A stretch of DNA of 64,000 nt from the NCBI RefSeq assembly GCF_006345805.1, contig NC_043013.1:25730001-25794000 (forward strand), written 5' to 3'. This document shows, one piece after another, positions 1 through 11,917 of this stretch. How positions within the stretch are numbered: the first letter of the stretch is position 1; the number at the start of each line of letters is the position of its first letter. Both the position numbers and the translations under genes were made by a program. Below the pieces are notes generated by a model. That model ran no database searches and was not told where the DNA came from. It saw nothing but the letters and a program-made list of their open reading frames with translations. The stretch is from Octopus sinensis. Its lineage: Eukaryota.

Positions 1-213
1 CACTATTTTAAAACCAAACAAGGAAAGACTTAATCAATACATAAAATTTTAATATAAATTAAATAAACCGCCACTACAAATGTTTCATGTCTGCTACCGA
101 CAATCTTCAGGTGGATTTTCGATCTTCTAATCAGTATCAAATTTTTACTATAAAATTGGATTTAACCCTAAATCTGATTTTTCCCTGTAATTTTGGATTC
201 ATTCCCTAATATT

Positions 214-276
<63 letters not shown>

Positions 277-2605
277 CATATATATATAGTAGTATGGGGG
301 TATGTGTTGTACAATCACCATCACTGCATCCATTTGTTGGTGATTCCTGATTACTCTTGGTTGATGATACCTTTGCACAACTCAGATGACAACCTCACAA
401 CCCATGGGTCTGTTTGGGTAATAGTTGCTGGGGAGGGCTTTATGAGGTCAGTTTAGTACTTTAATCTATCATCATCATCATCCACCGACGTTTACTTTTT
501 CATGCTTGCATGGGTTGGATGGAATTTGTTGAGGCAGGTTTTTCTATGGCTTGATGCCCTTCCTATAGCCAACTTTCATCTGTTTCTAAGCAGGGTAATA
601 TTTTCCCATGGCCAGATATGATTGCCATGAAAGACTGGAAATGAACAACCTCACTTATATGACAAGGATACATACAAATATATATTTTATATGATGGGCT
701 TCTTTCAATTTCCATCTACCAAATTCACTCACTAGGCTTTGGTGGTACGTAAAAAGCACCCACTACACTCTCGGAGTGATTGATGTTAGGAAGGGCATCC
801 AGCTGTAGAAACCTTGCCATTCCTCACTCAAACTGTCCAACCTATGCCAGCATGGACAACGGACGTTAAATGATGATGATGATGAAGACACTTGCCCAAG
901 GTGCCACACAGTGGAACTGAGCCTGGAGCCATGTGGTTGGGAAGCAAGCTTCTTAACCACACAGCCACACTCGCACCTATTTCCAAAACAGAATTGAAAC
1001 AGGTTCTTTCTTTTTTACCATGTGGTAACACTCATTAATCATATTAGTTCTGCCTACATGTTGTTTAACCCCAGGTCATCAATCCTGACTGAACAGAATT
1101 ATGATCAAAAGTATTTCAGCCATGAATATCCCAATTTTTTTGTGTAGTGGTGATGGTGGTGGTATCAAGGACTACATTATCTAATATATTGTTTTTTTTT
1201 TTTTTACCATTTTTTAAGAAATGAAAAATGCTTTGCTATTTACATTATATTTATTATATTTGGAATAGTTTGCTCTTCAGTCATCTCTATTTTTTGCCTA
1301 TGGACCCCTTTGGTTCCCATTTTACTCTGATGGACCCTCAGGTTTAAAAAAAAAAACCTTTATATTTTTATGATTAAATATTAGGAATTGTATTAAAAGA
1401 ATGTTAAAATATTTGTGCATATTGGTCATAAACTTTAACAACAAAATCTTATATTGACCCTCCCCCCCACTTCAAGGGTTACAGGTACTTCCCAAGGGTC
1501 TTATGGACCCTAGTTGAGAACCTCTGCACGAGGCCATTGACACATACCCAGATTCACTCTACCTGATTTCACCATGAAAAAGAAATCCGGTGAGGATCCT
1601 AATCAAGTAATAATAAGTTGTTTACATCAGTTTTGCTCTGATTCACAACTTTGAAGTAAGATGTTCCAGAGACATTATGTCTGGGAACAAGAACAACAAC
1701 AAAAAAACATGGTCACAGTTGGAATGCTTTTGTTTACACACACACATGCTTATTTAGAGTTAAATTCAGGACATATAACACCAACAGCCAAATGTATTTT
1801 TGCTCTGCCGTTTTTCTTCTCTGTGATGGAAGACTTTTCCTCACCAACACATAGTGAGGGTGTCAGAGTTTGTTTAAGAGGTGTATGCATGGTTGTGTGG
1901 TAACAGGTTTGCTTCCCAATCATATAGTTCTGGGTTCAGTTCCACAGTGTGGCATTTGGGCAAATGTCTTCTACTATAGTTCGAGGCTGGACAAATCCTT
2001 ACGAGTGGATTTGGTAGACAGAAACTAAAAGATGCCTCTCTCTCTCTCACACACACACACATATGTATGTACATAACTATGTGTGGAAGTATATGGCTTA
2101 GTAGTTAGGGTGTTGGATTCAGGATCATAAGATTGTGGTTTCAATTCCTGATGCAGGCAAATATGAGTAACCCTGCGAAGGACTGGCATCCCATCCGTGG
2201 GTGGGGGGGAGATGTGTATGTTACAGAAACCAGGAAAGCAACCTTATGATTCTTTATGACTTGGGAAGGAGTTATCCTTCATTTTTTATTTTTTACATTT
2301 ATGTATGTTTGGTCTTATTGTTTGTGTTTGTCCCCCACCATCACTCAACAACTGGTGTTGGTTTGTTTACATCCCCATAACTTAGCAGTTCAGCAAAAAT
2401 GGTTTGATAGAATCAGTATCTAACTTTAAAAAAATAAATACAGGGGTTGAATCATTCAACTAAGATTTTTCAAGCCCCAGAATGGCCATAGTTCAATGAC
2501 AGAAAGCAAAAAAAAAAAAAGATAAAAAGATGAAAAGTAACAGTTTCTTTGTTCTGAAGCACATTTTAATTAAAGGTTGTAATTAAAGCCAGTCATTATG
2601 CTTAC

Positions 2606-2712
2606 CTTAACACTGGAGAAAACATAGGTGTCAAGCCTGGATGGGTCAGTGCCACCGAAATCTATTTCTTCCTCTGCATACATTGTCATGTAAATGTGTT
2701 TGTAGGAATCTC
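2606..2712 (-). CDS. PIGN: PIGN fourth coding exon (107 nt)
   Basis: ttggcag| acceptor, [36 protein letters not shown], donor AAG|GTAAGC. Confidence 0.95.
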
Positions 2713-5700
2713 CTGCCAAGGAAGAAATAAAGGAAAGACTGAAAACTGCCATTTGTAGAAAGCCTTAATTTCTTGACTCTTTTTCTTACCACATTTCTGT
2801 TGAAATACACTGACTTTGTTTCAATTACTTTCGAAATAATGAAGAATTTATTAAAATAGATATGTTGTTATTAACCTGGTGTTTGGAACATAAATTAACA
2901 TGAAGTTTTGATGGAAAGTTTTCATTTAGATCCCATCAAAGAAGAATGAAGAACCAGGGTTAGCCTTGGGTGGGTTGGTATGAGAAGGGTTAGATATCAG
3001 AGCAGAATGACTGGACAGCAGATTAAGGTTCAATGTCTACCAGAAGATTAGATTATAATAGAGAGATAGAAATAGGTGTCTTACTATAGAGGAGATATTT
3101 GGCTACTCTAGCAGCAAACGACTGGAGAGGATGGAGACATAGAAAGAGAGAAAGAGAGGGAAAGAGAAACAGATGGTGTTGGAGCTACATCAGGACCTAC
3201 GCTTAGGTAATAGTGGATGGGGGAGTATAAATAGTAGAGAAGGGATCAATGAGACACTGGATGAAGATTGGAGATCAAATCAACTGAAATACATTGCAAA
3301 TGTTTTAAGAATATTTCATTTCTAAGGTTAAGAAATTCTGATGTTATTAACAAAGTCTCATCTCGTACCTTTAAACATTTGAGAAATTTGTTGTTATATC
3401 TGTCGTGTGAACATGACATCATGTCAAACATAAAGGGTTTTAAATCTTCAATAGGAGACAAGTTAGACATACCTGAAGGAACAATATCATGAAGTTATCT
3501 ATATATCTGTAGCAGGAATATTCAGCAATTGAACCTGGATCACTGTGTCTGATGTGAAAGTGCAATTCAAGAACACAATCAAGATTTACTTGAATATTAC
3601 CAATGAATTAAAAAATCTGGCCATTCAAGACTTCATGTAGAACTGGATCTAACAACAGTTCAAAATTCCACTCGGACACACCTGATGAAGGCTGGAGAGT
3701 ACATCAGCCGAAATGATGTGGTAACAACAGACAAAGTGAGGACACCTATCTGTCATCGTCACTTAACTTCCGTCGTCCATGCTGGATGGGTTGGACAGTT
3801 TGACTGGGCTGGCAAGCTGGAAGGCAGTGCCAGGATCCAGTCTGATTTGGCATGGTTTTCTACACCTGGATGCTCTTCCTAACACCAACCACTCCGAGTG
3901 TAATAGATGTCTTTATATGCCCCCAGCATGGATGTCATTTGTGTGACACCAGTATCTGCCATGACTGCAATTTTGCTTGGTTTGATGGGTTTTTTCAAGC
4001 ACAACATAATGCCAAAGGTCTTGGTCATAGCCTCCATGAGGCCCTACATTTGAAAGGAGCTTGGCCACTTTGCCTCCATGAGGCCCAATGCTTGAGAGGA
4101 ACTCAGCCACTTTACCTCTGTGAGGTCCACTCAAAAGGAACTCAGCCACCTCGCCTCCGTGAGGTCCAATACTCGAGAGGACCTCAGCCACTTTGCCTCC
4201 GTCCAATGTAAATAATGCTGATATAATATGTTTTACCATTGTACAGATGAGAAACTTGTCTCAAGGCAAATTTTTCTACAGCAAAAACGTTTATAGCAGA
4301 ATTTCCTATAACCTCACAGTTGGCAATGTCAAATCACCAGCATCCAAACAGCTGTACCCAGTTGCCTGATTCCATTGAAGCCATGGTAGCATCTCATCAC
4401 TCATCTTGCACCCATAAAACAACTGAGAGACACCAGCGCCAGCTTTGCTGTGCATGTCTTTTCTCTTGCTTTGATTATGGCTGTGTGGCTGGTCCACCCC
4501 TTCCATCTCCAATCAGTTCACAGTACGTTATTGTGGCACCAGCATTAGAAAGGTTTTCACCAAAAAATATATATAAACAAAATATAAATAACAATACCTT
4601 TAGCAAATATTGGAAGTATATCAGGGCTGCCCCAACACCAGGTGGAAAAGCTTTCGTTAAAAACCGAGTCGAACTCTACTGGGTTCTCTTTCCAACCTAA
4701 AACAAAAGATTTAAGAAAGTTTATCAAAACAGACTGTCAACACTTGTTTCCAACGTGAAATAACCAGTTTATCATAGATTCATCATCATCATTTAGCATC
4801 TGGCATGGGTTGGGTGGTTTGACCAGGGCTGGAAGGCTTCACCAATCTAATGTCTGATTTGACATGGTTTTCTATGGTTGGATGCCCTTCCTTATGCCAA
4901 CCACTCCAATAGTGTAATGGGTTCTTTTACATGTCACCGGCACAGGTGCCATTTGCGTGACACTGGTATCTGCCATAACTGTGATTTTATTTGGCTTGAT
5001 GGATCAGCTCCTCAAGCACGACATAATGCCTAAGGCCTCAGTCATTGCCTCCATGAGGCTCTACACTAGAAAGGAGCTCAGCCACTTTGCTCCCTTGAGG
5101 CCCAATGCTCGAAAGATGCCTTTTACCTGCAAGTTATGTGACACCAGCATCAGCCATGACTACGATTTCACTTGGCTTGACCAGTCTTCTCAAGCACAGC
5201 ATATGGCCAAAGGTCTTGGTCACATATGTTCTTTTGCAACAACTAAAAAAAAAAGGCTGAAAGGGTAAACATCTTTTGGTGTAGTGTAGTCCACAGCTTT
5301 AACTGATTTTTACTTGTTTCAGTCACTAGATTGTGGCCATGCTGGGGCACTGCCTCAAAGAATTTTAGTTGAATGAATCGACCCCAGAAATTTTTTTTGA
5401 AAACTTGGCACTTATTCTATCAGTCTCTTATGTCAAACTGCTAAGTTACAGGGACATGAACACACCAACACAAGTTGTCAAGCAGTGGTGGGGCACAAAC
5501 AAAAACACAAAGTCACACACACACGACAGGCTTCTTTCAGTTTCCTCTAAGAAATCCACTCACCATGCTTTGGTCAGCCCAAGGTACTGTGCAGTGGGAA
5601 TGAACCTGGAACCATGTGGCTGGAAAGCAAAATTCTTTCTCATTAAGGTGGTGAGACGGTGGAATTGTTGGCACCCAGGCAAAATGCTTAGTGGCATTTT

Positions 5701-8700
5701 GTTCATCTTTACATGCTAAGTTCAAATTCCACCAAGGTCAACTTTGCTTTTCATCCTTCAAGGGTACAAGAAATAAGTAGCAGTCATGTGATCGACTTAC
5801 TCCCTCCCTTAAAATTGCAAGCCTTGTGCTAAAATTTGAAACCAATGTTCTTTCTCATTTAAGTAGTTATCTTGGGTTTCCCTTGAGCTACAGGGACGCA
5901 AAAGGTCAGAGTTTAACCAGGTTTCCATGGTGTGCAAGTGACTGAAGATTATGACACACTCCCATTGAATAAGATGCTCAACTGTCTCAGGGTTAACTGC
6001 TAAACTATTGCTGGAACTCGTTTATAGCTGAATAGCTTAGAGCAATGGAAAATGAAGTGTTTTGTTCAAGGACAATGCATTACCTGGTTCAGGAAGCGAA
6101 ACCACAATCTTGTTACCAGGAGTGCAACACCCTAACCACTAAGGCCACGAGCCTTCACTCATTTAACCCTTTAGCATTTAAACTGGTCATATTTGGCCCA
6201 AATATTCCACTTGTTCTACGTTTGAACTGACCAGGTCTGATCTCTCACACCTACCCTACAGTGCCATTCTAGAAATAAACAATCACATCATCAAAATCTC
6301 AACGCTATGAGATAAATCAGGATTATATATTCAAAACACTGTGAAGAAATAATGATTATGTTTGACAGAGGAATATGAATGGAAAAGGGTTAAGAAATAG
6401 AAAGAGAATAATGGAAACAAAGAGAAATGTCACCTTTAGCAATGGAACTAACATCTTCATAAAATCCTGCAATGATGGCAACATGCCCAGGACGAGATTC
6501 TGTTGGTACTCTGGTATGTGAGATGCCAAATGAACCATTCTTTTCCATGATACTTCTGAAAGATATAAAGAAAGGAAGTATGTTGGTTTAACTTCCTTGT
6601 TTTACTTTTAATAGAGGGGTTTAGCCAAATAAACCAACATTCATGTAACAGCGGTAGTTATTTGATAAATCCTGGAAGAGTAAAAGGCAGAGCCAAGTTT
6701 GGAATGATCTTTCTTTTTTAATTTACTGTTTCCCTCTTATAGAAAACTAGCAGCATAGCCTGGCGTTGCCCGGGTATGTAAACGCCTCTAGTAGGCCACA
6801 ACTAATCCCAATCTAGTCCTTTCCCTCTAGGGAACGAAGGCGCATGTGTAGGTTGCAATGTCTTCTCTTCACTCCTAAATAACTATCAAACAGCTATCGA
6901 TAATTCAACCCAACCAATTCCTACCAGGAAGAAATTACATTCGAGACTTTACCCCCAACATCGCCACTTCTGCTAATAGCTGCTGCAGCCGCAAGTTATT
7001 CGAATACTTTTTTTGTTTACACTTTCTTTATAACTACCACCCCAAACGTTTTACCTTAAATTTTTGACTTACCCTAAGGGTCCTCGGACGCTACTTGCAA
7101 ACTCTTGGTTTATTATAAACCGCTTTTGTCGTGTGCACCAAAAAACCTTTTCCATTCGTTTGTTCAGTTTGGTCACTTTTGACTTTTTTGTTGTAACTCA
7201 CATTGCTGCTCGCTTTTTTGCCGTTTTTGTACATTTTTATACAATTTGGGATACTTACCCCACGTGTTCCGAGAGTTAAAAAGGTCGAGTTGCGTCCCCT
7301 AGACAGTCTGGAGAAAATGCGTTGCATATAAAAAGCTTAGATTCTCGACCCATGTCGAATTCATCGATTTTTTTTCAGAACTGGGGGAACTTTTCAAAAT
7401 TTTCGCTGCGTTAGTTTTGAATTGACATTGGACTATGTGTGTGTCAAGTTTCGTCAGAATCGGTTGAAAGCCGTGGTCAGGGTGAGGGTACAACCTGACA
7501 GACAAACTGCCGTTTATATATAGAGAGATATGTTGAATGTTACTTGCAGTTATGAACATTCAACATATTTTATATAAGAGTGAAACACAGCATAATTACA
7601 ACTAGGCTATTGTAAAAGTACATGTATACATATGCTACCATGTACAAGGGGGTACCGAAAAGCTTCTGGCTTTAAGAGTATCGCAAAAAGCCTAGTTGGA
7701 AGCTCAACCTTCTGAGTTCTTTTATAGAGCTTAGAAAAAAACTAAAGGTTTGCTGCAATATGTGTGTGAATCTGAGAGGGGTATATGTTGGATAATATCA
7801 TAACTGATCCTCCTGTATTTTCTTTCACTCAAGGCTAGGAACTTTTCAGCATCCCCTCAAATACGATAGACATCTGAATTTTTGAATCTAAATTGTTTCA
7901 AAAAAAAATTATGAATACCAGAGAAAAACAGAGGTTTACACAACTGCTCCAAAAGTGCTGTAATCTGATTTATTAGTCTTTAATATTTCACTGAATGTAA
8001 AGGCAGTGGAGCTGACAGAACCCTTAGCACACTGGACAGAACGCTTAGTGACATTTCATGTCTTCATCCTTTTGGGATCAATAAAATAAGTACCAGTCAT
8101 GCACAAGGATTGATGTAATTGTCTAGTCCTCTTCTAAAATTGCTGGCCTTGTACCAAAATTTGAAACCAATATTTCATTCAATGTAAAATAAATTAATGT
8201 GATTAAAATATACAAAAAAAATAATAAAGCTCTCTAACATAATCATTTTGTTTTTCTTGAGAAAAGTAGAAAAAAGTAAAGACTCCCTTCAGTCAAGAAC
8301 GACCATGGGGCTACACTTAGAATGTTCCCTCCCTAGACACAAGTTCAGACAAAGTTGTTTTTGGAAGACCAGCAGTTGCCCAGGCTTACCAGCCTCCTCT
8401 CTCCACACCATGTTTTGTACAGAATAAAGGGGAAAGACCCCCTTCAGTCATGAACGACCATGGGGCTGCACTTAGAATGTTTCCCTCCCAGGCACAAGTT
8501 CAGGCAAATACCTTGAAACTATAGTCCGTATGTATCACTTAGGTTTTCGAGGGAGGATGACCTCCCTTTGCAAATAACACAAGGGCACTGAAATTGTGTC
8601 TAAGGCCAGCTGGAGACGTTGATCTCCTGGGGCTAAAAGCATCAGTAACACCCCACCCCCAGTGGCTAGCCACATTCAGATGACTAGTACACTTTACGTT

Positions 8701-11700
8701 AAAGTTTAAAAATTTTTGTTTAAAACTCTGTTCAAAACATTTTATTTAAGAATAAAAAAAAAAAAAAAGAAAATAAGGGCATGTTAAGTATTCGAGAAGG
8801 AAGTGAGATGGAAATGTGTTTTGGTGAGATACACCGCAAAGAACATGCTACATATTTGTGTATGTGTAGCAATATTAATTGAGAGGGATGTATATAATAA
8901 TGGTATATAGCGCTATTTAATAATGGTATATAACAGTGGTTTCCAATCTGGGGTCCGTGGACCCCTGGTGGTCTGTGAACTTAATTCAAAATTTCATATT
9001 CTTTTATTCTTTTACTTGTTTCAGTCATTTTGACTGTGGCCATGCTGGAGAACCGCCTTTAGTTGAACAAACCAACCCCCAGGACTTATTCTTTGTAAAC
9101 CTAGTACTTATTCTAACGGTTTCTTTTGCTGAACTGCTAAGTTACGGGAATGTAAACACACCAACATCAGTTGTCAAGCGGTGGTGAGAGTGGGAGGGGG
9201 CAAATACATACATACATATGACAGGCTTCTTTCAGTTTCCATCTACCAAATCCATTCACAAGGTTTTGGTTGGCCTGAGGTTACAGTAGAAGACACTTGC
9301 CCAAGGTGCCATGCAGTGGGACTGGACCCGGAACCATGTGATTGGGAAGTGAGCTTCTTACCACACAGCCTATATATATATATATATTATATAAAAGGGC
9401 TTAGTAAAATAAATTACTTTGCCACATACTGAACTCATTAGAAATAGCAGCTAAAAAAATTTTTTTAAAACTATTTCTAATACTTAAAGAAAATCTCTCT
9501 CATATAGTGTTTGCTCAATTCAACTCACGAAAGTATGGGGGTAAAGACATTAAAAAATCAAATGCAAAGGTTATTTGAGAACGTACGTTTCTAGATTAGT
9601 CAAATCGACATTTCTTTCGTCAGCTCAGAACTCCTTGGTTCGGATCTTTACATATATATATATATGTAAACATAAAGATAAGTATATTAAAAGATTTATG
9701 AATTTCTGTTGCAAATTTCTGATGTGAAGTCGTGTGTTCAAACCGATGTATTTCAGGATGGTCCTTTTTGTTTTGTTTTTATCAAATAAACACCTGCACT
9801 ATATATTTGTTCTTCACTCGTTTATTACTGTCCTTATTCTAACTCATGTCCATTGTCTAGAAATCTTTTGTCACACATCTGTGACCTCCTCAGCAACACT
9901 TTCCGTCTTTGTGTGTGCTCTTGCTCTGCTTATTCTATTCTGCGAGAGTGATGTGGAGTTTCATGGTGTTGACATGGAAAAACTGGGCCTCCTCCTAAGT
10001 CAGACAAGTGACAATGGTTATTTAGTTGAACATGACTTTAGTTGTTTCTGCCCTACTAGGTCAGTAAGAGATAAAGCAAAGATGGAATGGAATAAGCTGA
10101 GCAAGAGCACACATGAAGATGGAAAGTGTCACTGAGGAGGTCACAGGTGTGTGATGAAACATTTCTGGAAAATGAACATGAGTTAGAATAAGAACAAAAT
10201 CAAGTGAAGAACGAATATATAGTGTGGGTGTTTATTTAGCAAAAAAAAAAAAAAAAAAAATAAAAGACCATATTAAAAGGGGTCTGTGGGAAAACTCATC
10301 TAAATAAAAGGAGTATTTGATAGTGAAAATGTTGGGAACCACTGGTACATAATCATTGCAGAGATAGGAGAGGATAGCACAATTAATACTGTCAAGATGG
10401 ATGATAGATTACAATACCTAATAAACGACTGATAGACACAAGGTCAGGTAGTAAGACACCTAGAGTTATGTAATGCAAGCTGTCATAATTTATGCTGGTT
10501 ATATGCTTTCCCCATCTAAACAGGAATAGCAGGCAGGAAGACATATCCTGATAACATCAGTTTTTGCTAATTCGGATTTTAATCCAAAACAATCTTTATA
10601 ATAACACTAAGAATATCCCTACATAACAAGATAGTGTCCTCGTAACCCTTTTGATTGTAAACATAAGGCCTGAAATATTATGGGGAGGCGGTAGTCGATT
10701 ATATTGACTTCAATACTCATTTTGTACTTATTTCACTCATCGACCCTGAGAGGATGAAAAGCAAAGTCAACCTTAGTAGGATTTGAACTCAGAACATAAA
10801 GGCAGACAAATTGCTGCTAAGCATTTTGTCTGGTGTGCTAACGATTCTACCAGCTCACTACTTTAAAGATGGTATCATCATCATCATCATTTAATGCCCA
10901 TTATCCATGTTGGCATGGTTTGGATGGTTTAACCAGAGCTGGCAAGCTGGAAGGCTGTACCAGACTCCAGTCTGATTTGGCATGGTTTCTGCGGATGCCC
11001 TTCCTAACGCCAACTTCTCAGTGTAATGGGTGCTTTTACATACCACCAGTATCTGCTACAACTGTCATTCTACTTGGCTTAATGGGTTTTCTTCTCAAGC
11101 ACGATATACTGCCAATGTCTCAGTCATTTGTCATTGCTTTCATGAGGTCAAACACTTACTCATAATAAAATATTTCAATGGCTATGTCAGAAAAACAACA
11201 GGAGATCTTGGTGCAATCCTCTGGATTGCCAGTTACTGTTGAACTATCCAACCCATGCCAGCATGGAAAACAGACAAACAACAACAATCGTAATGGTTAT
11301 CAGTTGAAACTTGGGTCCCAAGACCAAGTTGTTCCATTTTATAAGTGCAAATATACAATTACTGTGAAATCTGAAACACTTCTGGTTCCAAGTATTTTGG
11401 ATAAAGATTTATCAACTATGCTAACTTTTTATTAGAAAGCTCAAAGAGTGTTTTATTGGTTTAATCACACTACATCATGGATACTGACTGATGATAAATA
11501 AAGTTGAATCTAGTGTGATTTGAAAGCAGAAACATATGGCACCAAATTAGAAAATGTGAGCTATTGCTCCGGTGTTTATTTATTTATTTATTTGCATTAA
11601 ACCAAGGCAAAATAAATATCAAATCAAAGAATAAGAAATGGAACACCAACCTTATAAATGGTGATCTTGATTTGCCATCTTGTAATTCATAGAACTTATC

Positions 11701-11874
11701 GGCTCGTAAGCCATCAGCAACAAACAATACAAGGCGTTTAGCAGGAGGTGAAGTAGGACTGGAATGTGGTGTCATACCATGAACAATTGGAGATTTAAAG
11801 TAGATATCGAATATGGAATAAAAGAGAATCAAGTGAACTACTAGTCCAAGTAGTAATAATTTCCAACTGAACAT
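2606..11874 (-). CDS. PIGN: PIGN, GPI ethanolamine phosphate transferase 1 (Mcd4/PIG-N), 5' part of gene: 4 coding exons in window; gene continues past left edge
   Basis: Spliced translation [184 protein letters not shown]. Motifs [25 protein letters not shown] and WGSPDILP are diagnostic of PIG-N; all junctions GT-AG and in frame. Confidence 0.97.
3250..3760 (+). mobile_element. Penelope-like retroelement fragment (terminal repeat region with degenerate hammerhead at 3679-3720)
   Basis: CAC-CTGATGA-A-GGCTG-(10 nt)-CAGCC-GAAA-TGAT-GTG; a paralogous end occurs at 22400-22520; upstream decayed ORF-like sequence. Confidence 0.6.
4030..4202. repeat. About 4 tandem copies of a 39-42-bp unit (GCCTCC.TGAGG.CC...GGAACTCAGCCACTTT)
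   Basis: Units visible directly; explains ORFs 3852-4211 and 3913-4239. Confidence 0.85.
4598..4696 (-). CDS. PIGN: PIGN third coding exon (99 nt)
   Basis: ttttag| acceptor, [33 protein letters not shown], donor AAG|GTATTG. Confidence 0.97.
6434..6555 (-). CDS. PIGN: PIGN second coding exon (122 nt)
   Basis: ctttcag| acceptor, [40 protein letters not shown], donor AAG|GTGACA. Confidence 0.97.
6747..7528 (-). mobile_element. Non-autonomous Helitron (782 bp)
   Basis: Minus strand starts TCTCTCTATATATA, ends with a GC-rich hairpin-like segment (CCCGGGCAACGCCAGGC) then CTAG; inserted at A|T without TSD; shares both ends with 45383-45789. Confidence 0.8.
7643..7863. mobile_element. Tc1/mariner-type MITE
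   Basis: Degenerate TIRs (TACAAGGGGGTACCGAAAAGCTTCTGGCT / GGCTAGGAACTTTTCAGCATCCCCTC), TA ends; reverse-oriented paralogue at 31830-32031. Confidence 0.65.
8934..10344. mobile_element. hAT-type non-autonomous element with nested SINE insertion(s)
   Basis: TIRs CAGTGGTTTCCAA / TTGGGAACCACTG; 8-bp TSD GTATATAA / GTACATAA (1 mismatch); tRNA-SINE at about 8995-9370 inside. Confidence 0.7.
11651..11874 (-). CDS. PIGN: PIGN first coding exon (224 nt coding; acceptor AG at 11919-11918 adds 43 nt of 5'UTR)
   Basis: ATG at 11874; N-terminal TM segment then [13 protein letters not shown]; donor AAG|GTTGGT at 11650. Confidence 0.96.
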
Positions 11875-11917
11875 ACTTTCAGCAGTTTACAGGTGACCAC
11901 ATAAATTGCTTCCCAAT

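Noticed and set aside
193-456. ORFs made of YI, CV, HT, poly-R, poly-I, poly-N, poly-H or poly-L runs (e.g. 193-456, 42346-42732, 51364-51789, 58047-58456, 62046-62493, 63256-63870)
   Set aside because: Translations of (TA)n, (TG)n, (AGA)n, (ATT)n and (CAT)n microsatellites; no splice or homology support.
1-2605. Next PIGN exon (expected ...FFLHLLG.DT.GH...)
   Set aside because: No matching translation found on the minus strand; it must lie left of the window.
8281-8510. About 155-bp direct repeat suggesting LTRs
   Set aside because: It is a partial duplication of the SINE family D tail (compare 36050-36215), with no TG...CA ends or PBS/PPT.
11584-11650. C-terminal part of the 96-aa ORF ([21 protein letters not shown])
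   Set aside because: Intron read-through past the GT donor at 11650; PIGN homology resumes at 6555.
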